Assembly: GCA_013152815.1 (NCBI GenBank)
Contig: JAADFO010000005.1
Span: 1-35,583, forward strand
Source of the DNA: Nanobdellati archaeon
Lineage (GTDB): Archaea > Nanobdellota > Nanobdellia > Woesearchaeales > JAADFO01
Direction: 5' to 3'
Length of the DNA: 35,583 nucleotides
Positions 7,424 to 16,647 of the stretch are shown here, one piece after another. Made by a program: the position numbers and the translations under genes. Under the pieces are notes generated by a model. The model had not been told where the DNA came from. It saw only the letters and a list, made by a program, of their open reading frames with translations, and did not search any database. Each line of letters begins with the position of its first letter. Within the stretch, counting starts at the first letter, position 1.

Positions 7424-8074
7424 ATGGCAGATGACAAGGATGTCGATGTTTCGTACAATGTCCCTCTGAGGAAATCCTTCCTCAGGACCCCGAAGTACAA
7501 GCGGGCGAAGAAGGCCATAGCCGCACTTAAAGAATTCATCCGACGCCACCAGAAGGTGGAAGAGGTCAAGATCGGGAAGCATGCCAACGAGAAGATCTGG
7601 GCCAACGGCATCAAGAATCCTCCTCATCATATCAAGGTCCACGCGGTCAAGGAAGACAATATCGCTCTGGTGGAGCTTGAAGGCAAGGTCTATGCGAAGC
7701 CCAAGGTGAAGGAAGAGAAGAAAGAGGGCGGCCTGAAAGGGAAGATCCAGGATATGGTCGGCGGCGGAAAGAAGAAGTCGCCCCGGAAGAAGGAAGAGGC
7801 AAAGCCAGAGGAGAAGAAATCCGAACCTGTGTCTGAAGAGAAGAAGACGTCCGGAGCTGCTCCTGCTCAGACAAAGGATGCTGCCGTCGCTCCTGTCAAG
7901 CCTGCTCCTGTGGAGCCGAAGAAAGAGGATGTCCCTGCTGCTGAACCTTCTGAGAAGGCTGCTCCTGTCAAGCCTGCTCCTGTGGAGCCGAAGAAAGAGG
8001 ATGTCCCTGCGAAGCCCGCCGTGCCTGCCGGGAAGAAGCCAGAAGCAAAGCCTGCTGATAAACCTTCTGCATAA
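7424..8074 (+). CDS. rpl31e: 50S ribosomal protein L31e with long K/E/P/A-rich tail (start 7418 or 7424)
   Basis: YNVPLR, KRAKKAI, EFIRRH, NEKIWANGIKNPP. Confidence 0.95.
   Translation: MADDKDVDVSYNVPLRKSFLRTPKYKRAKKAIAALKEFIRRHQKVEEVKIGKHANEKIWANGIKNPPHHIKVHAVKEDNIALVELEGKVYAKPKVKEEKKEGGLKGKIQDMVGGGKKKSPRKKEEAKPEEKKSEPVSEEKKTSGAAPAQTKDAAVAPVKPAPVEPKKEDVPAAEPSEKAAPVKPAPVEPKKEDVPAKPAVPAGKKPEAKPADKPSA
7889..8010 (+). repeat. Two identical 50-bp copies (7889-7938, 7961-8010) in the L31e tail
   Basis: Each encodes APVKPAPVEPKKEDVP(A); period 72 bp. Confidence 0.95.
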
Positions 8075-8086
8075 TCTTGTTTCCTT

Positions 8087-9145
8087 CTATGTCTTTTCTG
8101 TTATGGCATATCTCTGTCCTGTTCCGAAGACGTGCAATGTCCTCTTGCCCGGCAGAAGCCTGCTCTCAAGTTCCTTCCGTTCTTTCCAATACTGTTCCGG
8201 CGCGATGGGATACCTGATGACGACCCTGTCCCCTTTCATCCTGCTGAGCACCTTTTGGAGCTCCTCTCTGTCCTTTGCGGTCTTCAGCACCCGATAACAG
8301 CAGAGGAACGGGCTTGCCTGCCGCTTCTCCGACGTCAGCAATGTCCTGTTGGTTCTGTCGAGCTTCTCTGCATCGACAGGCAACGAATCGATAAGTCCGG
8401 CTTTCTCCACAGCCGCATCAATCTCATACAGGTATTTCTTTGCCTGCTTTCCTTCAGCCAATCGTTTGCCCTTCTGTTCGGCCAGAACTTCACCTTCCGG
8501 AAGGAGCACGACGCCTGTCGTGCCTTTGCTGGCCGAACCAGGAGTGTGGTATAGTTGCAGTCTGTTGAGCTTATGATGCAGTGAGATGTATTCCCTGTCA
8601 TACTCCTTGGGGATGTTCTGGAGCTGAGGCGGCACCTCGAAGCAGAACTTTCTGGCAGCTTCTTTGTAGGCATCCCTGATCTGTCTTGGCGAGGGCCGTA
8701 GCCTGTCAAGTGAGCGTTCCTTTTCTTCAGGCAGCCGTTCCGGATCGCAGAACAGCCACTCTGCCTTGTCGATCGATGCTATGACCTCATCGGCAAGCGC
8801 ATCCCCCTGGATGACCCGGACATTGGTGATGCCTGTCTTCTCCAGGTTCTTCCTGAGCATGTCGCATCGTTTCCTGTCCAGCTCGATGGCTGTCACCCTT
8901 TTGCAGGTCCTGGCGAAGGCGATGGTCTGGAAGCCGATGCCTGCGCCTATCTCGATGAGGTGATTGCAGGCGAGCCGCTCTGCCCTGTATCTTGCGACCT
9001 GTTCGTTGGTGGCGAAGCGCAGGTTTTCAGGGTCTGATACCAGTCCTGCATACTCCGGCGAAGAGAACTTCTTTGATGCCATCTTCTTCAGCTCTGTGGT
9101 TTGTGATAGTATTAATGTGCTCTGTTTGGACTCCTTATTTTCCAT
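8087..9145 (-). CDS. Class I SAM-dependent methyltransferase, probably RNA-acting (start may be 9082)
   Basis: EIGAGIG motif I, AIELD, QGDAL, FCDPER; C-terminal region resembles a THUMP-like domain. Confidence 0.8.
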   Translation of the reverse strand: MENKESKQSTLILSQTTELKKMASKKFSSPEYAGLVSDPENLRFATNEQVARYRAERLACNHLIEIGAGIGFQTIAFARTCKRVTAIELDRKRCDMLRKNLEKTGITNVRVIQGDALADEVIASIDKAEWLFCDPERLPEEKERSLDRLRPSPRQIRDAYKEAARKFCFEVPPQLQNIPKEYDREYISLHHKLNRLQLYHTPGSASKGTTGVVLLPEGEVLAEQKGKRLAEGKQAKKYLYEIDAAVEKAGLIDSLPVDAEKLDRTNRTLLTSEKRQASPFLCCYRVLKTAKDREELQKVLSRMKGDRVVIRYPIAPEQYWKERKELESRLLPGKRTLHVFGTGQRYAITEKT

Positions 9146-9177
9146 ATAGAAAATTTATAGAAACTTTATAGGAAACT
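9145..9177 (+). repeat. Three imperfect 11-bp direct repeats in a divergent promoter region
   Basis: TATAGAAAATT / TATAGAAACTT / TATAGGAAACT. Confidence 0.7.
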
Positions 9178-9364
9178 CGAATACGGTAATTTAATCACTC
9201 ATTGGTAGTCATAATGGGAAAGCTTTTAAACTCTTCATCAATCACATAAGGACTCTGGTCAAGAGCATGTTTCCGGATGTCAATGATCCAAAGGCGATCA
9301 AGGCCTTCCCGGACCCATGGTCAAATGACAAGTTTTATAAGACGACGATCCTACTGACGAAAAA

Positions 9365-10309
9365 ATGTTAAACGTCCAGACACTCAACAAAGACGGTTCC
9401 TTCGCGGCTGTGCTGGGGCAGGAGACTGCCAAGCAGGGCCTCAGGTCAGCGCTCCTGTCGCAGAGGAACGTCCTGATCATCGGCCCTCCGGGGATAGGCA
9501 AGACCACCCTCGCGAAGGAGGTGGCCCTTCTTCTGCCGCCCATCGAGAAAGACGGAAAGAAGCAGAGCGGCGCGAGCCGTTTCATCCGTGTCCAGGGAAG
9601 TCCTGACCTGACAGTCGAGGACCTCATCGGCGATATCGACCCCATCAAGGCCTTGAAATTCGGTCCCCAGAGCATCGAGGCCTTCACCCCGGGGAAGATC
9701 TTCCGCGCCGACAAGGGCGTGCTGTTCTTCGACGAGATCAACCGATGTCCTGAGAAGGTGCAGAACGCCCTGCTCCAGGTCCTGGAAGAGAAGAAGGCCA
9801 CCATCGGATCCTATAAGCTCGACTTCGACGCCGACTTCATCCTCATAGCGACCATGAACCCTGAGGATTCCTCCACCGAGAAGCTCTCCGACGTCTTCCT
9901 CGACCGCTTCGACTGCATCTACATGGGCTATCCGGAAAGCCTGGACATCGAGAAGGCCATCGTCCTCTCCAAACACCATCATGATGACATCGCCATGCCC
10001 GGAAAGCTCCTCGACCTGGCCATCGGGTTCGTGCGGCTGCTGCGGGAAAGTCCGAAGCTCGAGAAGAGACCCTCGGTTCGGGCATCCCTCGGTCTTGTGG
10101 AACGGGCAAAGGCCAACGCCCTGCTCAGAGGATCCTCTGCCGCTGATTTTGACGATCTCAAGTCAGTGGTGGTGTCGGTCATCGCCCATCGCATACGGCT
10201 CAAGCCGAGCCACCGTTTCACCACGTCCCTCGCTGATTTCATCGAGAAAGAATTCTCTCAGCATGCAGAAGACTATGCTGATGAAGAGGAGAAAGGTGAT
10301 GGCCTTTGA
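9365..10309 (+). CDS. MoxR/ChlI-like AAA+ ATPase
   Basis: Walker A GPPGIGKT, Walker B LFFDEINR, QNALLQVLEE, ATMNP, LDRF. Confidence 0.9.
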   Translation: MLNVQTLNKDGSFAAVLGQETAKQGLRSALLSQRNVLIIGPPGIGKTTLAKEVALLLPPIEKDGKKQSGASRFIRVQGSPDLTVEDLIGDIDPIKALKFGPQSIEAFTPGKIFRADKGVLFFDEINRCPEKVQNALLQVLEEKKATIGSYKLDFDADFILIATMNPEDSSTEKLSDVFLDRFDCIYMGYPESLDIEKAIVLSKHHHDDIAMPGKLLDLAIGFVRLLRESPKLEKRPSVRASLGLVERAKANALLRGSSAADFDDLKSVVVSVIAHRIRLKPSHRFTTSLADFIEKEFSQHAEDYADEEEKGDGL

Positions 10310-11483
10310 CACAAGCATCCCGGTCTCCAGGCTCAGGTCCATCGAAGAGCTCCAGGGGAAACTCTCCATCTCTGACGAAGACGACAAGCTGATGCACTCG
10401 GTCATGGAGAACGACCAGCAGGCGGTGGACGACGGCAACCTCATCGAAGAGTCCATCAACCAGGGACTCGGAGGATTCACCCCAAACATGTTCTATGAGC
10501 AGCTGGTCAAGAACTACCGGAATGCTGAACACCTCTATGGGAAACGGCTGCTCCAGATAGTCACCGGCTATGATCCCCGTTACCTGAAGAAGAACCTGAA
10601 GATCCCTGAGTTCCAGCGCCAGGTCAGACAGGTCATGGAGGACCGGTTTCGCCAGTTGAAGAACGACGGCCTGCTCAACAAGGACGGCGCCATAACAGAC
10701 AAGGGATTCGCCCACACTTCCTGGATCGTGGTGCTCCAGGAGCTCGACAACCTGCTTCCCCGGGGCTATTTCGGCGAGAAGATCAGGAAACGGCCATTCG
10801 CCTATGGCCTGCGGGATGAGATCCATGACTATAGGAAAGGCGACCTGTACAAGGACCTCGATGTCCGCAGGAGCGTCAGGAAGGCCTTGCTTCGCCATCA
10901 CGGTTCTCTGGTTCCCGAAGACCTCCAGATGTATCGGCGCAAGGCCAAGGGCAAGGTCACCATCATCTTCGCCCTGGACGCTTCTTCCTCGATGCGGGGC
11001 GCGAAGCTTCGGACATGCAAACGTGCAGGCATCTCCCTGGCCTTCAATGCGACCCAGAACAAGGATGAGGTGGGCATCATCGTGTTCGGCTCGGACGTGA
11101 AGACATCGCTTGAGCCCACCGATGATTTCTCCCGTCTGCTCCATGAGATCATCAGGATACGGGCGACGACCCAGACCAACATCAGGGCGACCATAGACAA
11201 GGCGATCACCCTGTTCCCCCATGAGAACACCACCAAGCATCTCGTGCTGCTGACCGACACCCAGCCGACCACCGGCAACAAGCCCCGGGACGACACCCTC
11301 CAGGCCATCGGACAGGCACGGGCTGCAGGCATCACGGTCTCCCTCGTCGGCATCTCCCTGGACAAGGAGGCAGAGGAGCTGGCGCAGAAGATGGTGGAAC
11401 TGGGCCAGGGACGGCTCTACTCGGTATCAAATCTCGATGATGTCGGCCAGGTGGTGCTCGAGGATTACTATGCCGAGAGCTGA
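10299..11483 (+). CDS. VWA-domain protein (ChlD-like partner of the AAA+ ATPase)
   Basis: MIDAS DASSSM, TNI, LLTD; LDVRRSVRKA segment; start reset to ATG 10299 after AGGTG, overlapping the ATPase end. Confidence 0.88.
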   Translation: MAFDTSIPVSRLRSIEELQGKLSISDEDDKLMHSVMENDQQAVDDGNLIEESINQGLGGFTPNMFYEQLVKNYRNAEHLYGKRLLQIVTGYDPRYLKKNLKIPEFQRQVRQVMEDRFRQLKNDGLLNKDGAITDKGFAHTSWIVVLQELDNLLPRGYFGEKIRKRPFAYGLRDEIHDYRKGDLYKDLDVRRSVRKALLRHHGSLVPEDLQMYRRKAKGKVTIIFALDASSSMRGAKLRTCKRAGISLAFNATQNKDEVGIIVFGSDVKTSLEPTDDFSRLLHEIIRIRATTQTNIRATIDKAITLFPHENTTKHLVLLTDTQPTTGNKPRDDTLQAIGQARAAGITVSLVGISLDKEAEELAQKMVELGQGRLYSVSNLDDVGQVVLEDYYAES

Positions 11484-11522
11484 TATGCCCCGAGCTGATC
11501 AGGTGGGCTGTCCGTCGCGTCG

Positions 11523-11556
11523 GCGATGTTTAACAAGCTGCGATGTTTAACAAGCT
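11523..11556 (+). repeat. 17-bp perfect tandem duplication just upstream of a TATA-like element
   Basis: GCGATGTTTAACAAGCT x2, then TTTTATA about 23 nt before ATG 11586. Confidence 0.9.
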
Positions 11557-11585
11557 TTTTATAGCGGTTCTGGCTGCTCTCTCCC

Positions 11586-12176
11586 ATGCGTATCCTGGCC
11601 TTCACCGACACCCATGCGAGCCTGCGTGCCCATGAGACCCTCAAGAAAAAGGCGAAGAACGTCGATATCATCATCTGCGCAGGGGACATCTCCATCTTTG
11701 AGAACGAGATAGAGAGCATCATGTCCTTCCTCGATTCTTTAGGGAAGAAGGTCTACATCATCCACGGCAACCACGAGGAGCCAGGCGTCCTCAGGCTCCT
11801 TGCAAAGGAATCGAAGAACATCATCTTCATCCACCGGAAGATCGTCCAGCTTCCGGGCCTGCAGATCATCGGTTATGGCGGTGATGGATTCTCGAGGACC
11901 AACAAGGACTTCACAGCCTTTGCCAAAGGGCTGAAGAAGCGCCTGCGGAAGACCAAACCGGCCATCATGGTGACCCATCAGCCACCCTACGACACCATAT
12001 GCGATCGGATCATGGGTGAGAAGACCGGCAACCGTTCCTACACCGCCCTTCTCAGGAAAGGGCTCTTCACCCATTGGATCTGCGGCCACATCCATGAGAA
12101 CAACAACAAGAGCGAGACGCTCAAAGGGACACTGCTCCTCAATCCAGGCCCCAGAGGAAGGGTGCTCAGGATCTGA
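11586..12176 (+). CDS. Icc-like metallophosphoesterase
   Basis: FTDTH, AGD, HGNHE, THQPP, CGHIHE, NPG motifs. Confidence 0.9.
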   Translation: MRILAFTDTHASLRAHETLKKKAKNVDIIICAGDISIFENEIESIMSFLDSLGKKVYIIHGNHEEPGVLRLLAKESKNIIFIHRKIVQLPGLQIIGYGGDGFSRTNKDFTAFAKGLKKRLRKTKPAIMVTHQPPYDTICDRIMGEKTGNRSYTALLRKGLFTHWICGHIHENNNKSETLKGTLLLNPGPRGRVLRI

Positions 12177-12305
12177 CCGAGATATCCAAGATATGGTCTG
12201 TGCCGGGGGGTCATCTTCCCTATCGGTCTTCCCTGTTGGGAACGCTTCTTCCTGCGCAGAGGGCCGGAGTAAGATTTATATATGAACAGGGTTTTTTCAA
12301 CTTCC

Positions 12306-13022
12306 ATGCCGGGCATGAACAGCAACTCGACCGTTCCCAAGCATATCGCCGTCATATTAGATGGGAACCGGCGGTTCTCGAGACGTCTCATGATGAAACC
12401 CTTCAAGGGCCATGAATGGGGTGCCCGTAAGATCCACGACCTCTTCGACTGGTGCAAGGAATATGCCATCAGGGAACTGACCCTCTATAGCTTCTCGGTG
12501 GAGAACTTCAACCGGCCGAAGAAGGAGTTCGATTACCTCATGGACCTCTTCAGGAAAGAGTTCGACGCGTTGAAGGACGACCCAAAGCTTGCTGCAGAAG
12601 GCATCCGCATCAATGTCATCGGCCGCCTGTGGATGTTCCCTCAGGATATCCAGGACCGGCTTCATGCCATCATGGAGCAGACCAGGATGAACAGGAACTA
12701 CATCGTCAATTTTGCCATGGCCTACGGAGGCCGCACCGAGGTCGTGGATGCGACCCGGAAGATTGCTGAACAGGTGAAGGCAGGGACCCTTGATATCAGT
12801 CAGATCAATGAGGAGACCTTCTCCAGAAATCTTTACACCGAGGATGAACCCGACCTCATCATACGCACCGGCGGTGAGAAAAGGACCTCGAATTTCCTGC
12901 CTTTCCAGGGAGCCTATGCAGAATGGATATTCCTCGAGAAGATGTGGCCTGAGTTCGGGAAGGATGATTTTGTCGCCTGTCTCAATGAATACGCCTTCAG
13001 GCATCGTCGTTTCGGCAGATAG
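12306..13022 (+). CDS. uppS: cis-prenyltransferase (undecaprenyl-diphosphate synthase family)
   Basis: PKHIAVILDGNRR, YSFSVENFNRP, YGGRTE, PDLIIRTGGEKRTSNF, RRFG; start 12306 or 12315 given TTTATATA at 12275-12282. Confidence 0.95.
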   Translation: MPGMNSNSTVPKHIAVILDGNRRFSRRLMMKPFKGHEWGARKIHDLFDWCKEYAIRELTLYSFSVENFNRPKKEFDYLMDLFRKEFDALKDDPKLAAEGIRINVIGRLWMFPQDIQDRLHAIMEQTRMNRNYIVNFAMAYGGRTEVVDATRKIAEQVKAGTLDISQINEETFSRNLYTEDEPDLIIRTGGEKRTSNFLPFQGAYAEWIFLEKMWPEFGKDDFVACLNEYAFRHRRFGR

Positions 13023-13127
13023 CTTGCAGACAGTCAGATGCTCTTCCTGCCTGTTTCTTTCCGCTTCTTTCTTTTCTTCGTCGCCTTCTTCGCTACCTTT
13101 AAATAATTCTTGTTTTTCATCTTTGAC

Positions 13128-14096
13128 ATGAAAGCAACCGCACGCGCTTCATCGAACATCGCCTTCCTCAAGTACTGGGGAAAGAAGGATGCCCATCTGA
13201 ACCTTCCGCTCAACCCTTCCATCTCCATGACCCTTGATGAGACCGTCTCCACCCTGACGACCGTGGAGTTCGGCCTGGACATCAACCATGATGTGTTTAT
13301 CCTCAATGAAGAAGAGCAGACCGGAGAGAAGCTGATGCGTGTATCCGGGTTCCTTGACATCCTGCGGAAGCAGGCGAACACGATGATGAAGGCCATGGTG
13401 GTGTCTTTGAACACCTTTCCCACGGGGTCAGGCATGGCTTCATCTGCATCGGGGTTTGCCGCCCTGGCAGGCGCCGGCGCGAAGGCGTTGGACCTCTCCC
13501 TCGACCTTGATCAGCTCTCTTCATTGGCGCGGCTGGGGTCGGGTTCTGCATGCAGGTCGATCCATGGCGGCTTTGTGGAATGGCGGGATGACCATGCGGT
13601 CCAGCTCCATGACGAGCACCACTGGGACCATCTGCGCGACCTCATCATCATCACTTCAGAGGAAGAGAAGGCCATCAGCTCACGGGAGGCCATGAGCCTG
13701 ACCGTCGCGACATCGGCCCGTTTCCAGGACCGCATGACAAGGATCCTCCAACGTGCCGAGGCGATGAAAGAGGCCATCAGGAAGCGGGATTTCCAGCGTC
13801 TCGCGCCTCTCATCATGGAGGATTCCGATGATCTGCAGGCCTGCCTGAAGGATACCACGCCTTCCATCGACTATCTCAACAAGACCTCTGAACAGGTCAA
13901 GGGGCTCGTCCGAAGCCTCAATCAGGACGGCTTTGTGGCTGCCTACAGCTTCGATGCCGGACCCAATGCCCACATCATCTGCGACAGCCATGACCTCAAA
14001 GCGGTCCAGGAGGCGCTTCTGCCTCTGCAGGGAGTGAAGCGGGTCGTTGCAGGGGTCGGTCCAGGCATGCGCTATACCCGACATCATCTGATGTGA
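13128..14096 (+). CDS. mvaD: Diphosphomevalonate decarboxylase
   Basis: NIAFLKYWGK, PSISMTL, NTFPTGSGMASSASG, ARLGSGSACRS, FDAGPN; TTTAAATA about 23 nt upstream. Diphospho specificity inferred from the adjacent PMK. Confidence 0.9.
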   Translation: MKATARASSNIAFLKYWGKKDAHLNLPLNPSISMTLDETVSTLTTVEFGLDINHDVFILNEEEQTGEKLMRVSGFLDILRKQANTMMKAMVVSLNTFPTGSGMASSASGFAALAGAGAKALDLSLDLDQLSSLARLGSGSACRSIHGGFVEWRDDHAVQLHDEHHWDHLRDLIIITSEEEKAISSREAMSLTVATSARFQDRMTRILQRAEAMKEAIRKRDFQRLAPLIMEDSDDLQACLKDTTPSIDYLNKTSEQVKGLVRSLNQDGFVAAYSFDAGPNAHIICDSHDLKAVQEALLPLQGVKRVVAGVGPGMRYTRHHLM

Positions 14097-14164
14097 CAAG
14101 AGTATCGATGCGGGCATCCTCTTTGAAGGATGAACACCTTTCTGCAATGGACAGAGAGCAGGAA

Positions 14165-14244
14165 CAAGGGCAGTCAAGGGCAGTCAAGGGCAGTCAAGGG
14201 CAGTCAAGGGCAGTCAAGGGCAGTCAAGGGCAGTCAAGGGCAGT
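14165..14244 (+). repeat. 10-bp perfect tandem repeat CAAGGGCAGT x8, followed by degenerate copies
   Basis: Counted directly; intergenic between mvaD and PMK. Confidence 0.97.
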
Positions 14245-14282
14245 AAGGACAATCAATGGCAATCAGTGGCAAGGTGAATACG

Positions 14283-15371
14283 ATGGACAGCCAGGGACAG
14301 GTGCAGGTGAAAGCGTTCGGCAAGGTGCTGGTCTTCGGAGGCTATGCCATCCTCGAGGAGGGCAACATCGGCCTGGTCGTCAACGTGGACAAAGGCACCG
14401 AAGTGACGGTCAGGGACAATCCCGAGGGCCGGTTCTCAGCAGCGATCCCTCAATATGACCTTCACACATCCGGTTCTTTTGAGGAAGGAAAACTCGTCCT
14501 GGACCAGGGTGACACGCGTCTCTCTTTCCTGGTCAATGCCGTGACCTATGCCCGGCAGTACCTTGAGGCCCAGCACGTCCCTTTCAGGGATGTCGGCATC
14601 ATCACCCGGAACGATGCAGAGCTCATAGGCAGCAAGGGAAAGAAGACCGGTCTTGGAAGCTCTGCCTCATCGACCGTCGCCATCGTCGCAGCGATCCTGA
14701 AGTTCCACGGCGTGGATGACCGTGACGTGGTCTACAAGATCTCCTGCTACAGCCATCACCTTACCCAGGACCGCTTCGGCAGCAACTATGATGTCTATGC
14801 CGCCTGCTACGGTTCCCATTTCTTCACCGGCTCGAAGATGAAACTTGATGAGCATTTCATGCGCTGCATCTCAGCGGGATGGAACATCAGCCGGGACAGC
14901 TATACCTGGCCCGAGGAGCTGCTGCCGGTGCTGGTCTTCACCGGCCATGTCGCGTCTACCCGGCATCTGGTGGAGAAGGTCCTTCAGTATCGGAAGAAGC
15001 ATCGGAAAGACTATGAAGCGTTGATGTCAGAGTACAACGGCATCGACATCAAGCTCAGAGAGGCTTTCATAGGCCATGATCTCGATCTCATTCCAGGGCT
15101 TCTGGAACGTTCCTGGGAGAAAAGAAGAGAGCTCGGTGAGCGTTCCGGGGCCAACATCGAGCCGCAATCATTTACCGAGTTGATGCAGGAGATGAAAGCG
15201 CATGGAGCGTTGGCCGCAGGGCTTGTGGGCGCGGGCGGCGGAGATTCCATCCTCGCCCTCTGCAGGGACAAGCAGGAGCAGGACAAGCTCATCGCATTCG
15301 CCAAGAGAAAAAGGTATCTTGTCCTGGAGAACCTCAACGTCATCGATTCAGGGTATGTGTTCTTAGAGTGA
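14283..15371 (+). CDS. Phosphomevalonate kinase, ERG8-type GHMP kinase
   Basis: AFGKVLVFGGYAILE, KTGLGSSA, GSNYDV, GAGGGD; ATG 14283 preceded by AGGTGA. Confidence 0.82.
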   Translation: MDSQGQVQVKAFGKVLVFGGYAILEEGNIGLVVNVDKGTEVTVRDNPEGRFSAAIPQYDLHTSGSFEEGKLVLDQGDTRLSFLVNAVTYARQYLEAQHVPFRDVGIITRNDAELIGSKGKKTGLGSSASSTVAIVAAILKFHGVDDRDVVYKISCYSHHLTQDRFGSNYDVYAACYGSHFFTGSKMKLDEHFMRCISAGWNISRDSYTWPEELLPVLVFTGHVASTRHLVEKVLQYRKKHRKDYEALMSEYNGIDIKLREAFIGHDLDLIPGLLERSWEKRRELGERSGANIEPQSFTELMQEMKAHGALAAGLVGAGGGDSILALCRDKQEQDKLIAFAKRKRYLVLENLNVIDSGYVFLE

Positions 15372-15437
15372 CGAGTAACATAAGCTTTAAAAAGACGCCT
15401 GGACCCTTGATTTTTCAGGGGGATTTGTGATTGCATC

Positions 15438-16565
15438 ATGGCAGGTATCATCAGCTGGGGGAGCTATGTGCCCCGTTACCGTATCAAGGTCGAAGAGATC
15501 GCATCAGTCTGGGGAATGGATCCCGAGAAGGTCAAGGCAGGACTCAGGATACAGGAGAAGGCTGTCCCTGATATCGATGAGGATGCGGCGACCATTGCCG
15601 TGGAATGCGCAAGGAACGCCCTGGCAGTGGATGTTCCCTCTGACCCTGCTTCAGCCGATTCTTCTTCCTCTTCTTTCCCATCTTCCTCTGTCTCTTCTTC
15701 GTCTTCTTCATCTCTCCCTTCTCCTCTGGCAGAGCACATCCACGCTATCTATATCGGCAGCGAGAGCCATCCCTATGCTGTGAAGCCGACAGGCACCATC
15801 GTCGGCGAGGCCATCGGTGTGGGAAACGACTACACGACAGCAGACTTCGAGTTCGCCTGCAAGGCAGGCACCGCAGCCATGCAGGCAGCGTTGGCCATGG
15901 TGAGATCGGGCATGGCGACCTTTGCTCTCGCAGGCGGCGCAGACACTGCCCAGGCAGCCCCTGGCGATCCTCTTGAATACACTGCTGCGGCAGGCGGCGC
16001 TGTATTCATCATCGGCAAAGACCATGCAGTCGCAGAGATCAACCACACGCTCTCCTTCACCTCTGACACGCCGGATTTCTGGAGACGGGCCCACGAGCGT
16101 TACCCTTCCCACGGCGGGCCGTTCACCGGTGAGCCGGCCTATTTCCGGCATGTGATCGCATCAACCAAGAAGCTTATGCATGTGGCCGGAACAACACCCT
16201 CTGACTATGACCATGTCGTCCTGCACCAGCCCAACGGCAAGTTCCCTGCGCGGGCTGCAGCACGGTTGGGCTTCACCAGGGAACAGATGGCCCTGGGCAT
16301 GCTCGTCCCGCTCATCGGCAACACCTACTCAGGAGCAGCCATCCTTGGCCTTGCCAACGTGCTTGATAATGCAAGACCCGGCCAGCGTGTGTTGTTGACC
16401 TCCTATGGATCCGGAGCCGGCAGCGACAGCTTCGACATCACCATCACCGACAGGATCGTTCCTGTCCAGAAACAGATACGTCCTCTGCAGTCCTACATCG
16501 GCAGGAAGACCTATCTCGACTACCCTGCATACCTCCAGAAGGTGCGGGCCATCCAGCATACCTGA
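15438..16565 (+). CDS. hmgB: HMG-CoA synthase, archaeal type, with Ser-rich insertion
   Basis: [29 protein letters not shown] (catalytic Cys), [22 protein letters not shown]. Confidence 0.95.
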   Translation: MAGIISWGSYVPRYRIKVEEIASVWGMDPEKVKAGLRIQEKAVPDIDEDAATIAVECARNALAVDVPSDPASADSSSSSFPSSSVSSSSSSSLPSPLAEHIHAIYIGSESHPYAVKPTGTIVGEAIGVGNDYTTADFEFACKAGTAAMQAALAMVRSGMATFALAGGADTAQAAPGDPLEYTAAAGGAVFIIGKDHAVAEINHTLSFTSDTPDFWRRAHERYPSHGGPFTGEPAYFRHVIASTKKLMHVAGTTPSDYDHVVLHQPNGKFPARAAARLGFTREQMALGMLVPLIGNTYSGAAILGLANVLDNARPGQRVLLTSYGSGAGSDSFDITITDRIVPVQKQIRPLQSYIGRKTYLDYPAYLQKVRAIQHT

Positions 16566-16620
16566 GCTGCCTGAGTTGCCTGAGTTGCCTGAGTTGCCTG
16601 AGTTGCCTGAGCTGCCTGAG
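16561..16620 (+). repeat. 9-bp tandem repeat CCTGAGYTG x6.7 starting at the HMGS stop codon
   Basis: Units at 16561, 16570, 16579, 16588, 16597, 16606; partial at 16615. Confidence 0.95.
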
Positions 16621-16647
16621 ATACCGGAGAACAACGAGGTTATCAAG

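Noticed and set aside
9267..9371. 34-aa ORF upstream of the AAA+ ATPase
   Set aside because: No recognisable motif, and it spans the likely TATA box (TTTTATAA about 9333-9340) of the ATPase.
9981..10298. Long N-terminal extensions in the ORF track (VWA from 9981, thiolase from 16405, HMGR from 18132, fibrillarin from 25499)
   Set aside because: They overlap upstream genes; downstream ATGs fit family N-termini and, in most cases, SD-like motifs.
13040..13100. Pyrimidine-rich tract after uppS as a special element
   Set aside because: Compatible with an ordinary archaeal T-rich terminator or spacer; nothing further supports it.
14093..14458. ORF through the 10-bp repeat as a phase-variable N-terminal fusion to PMK
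   Set aside because: TAA at 14244-14246 is in the PMK frame at the end of the array, so copy-number change cannot create a fusion; the ORF is just translated repeat.
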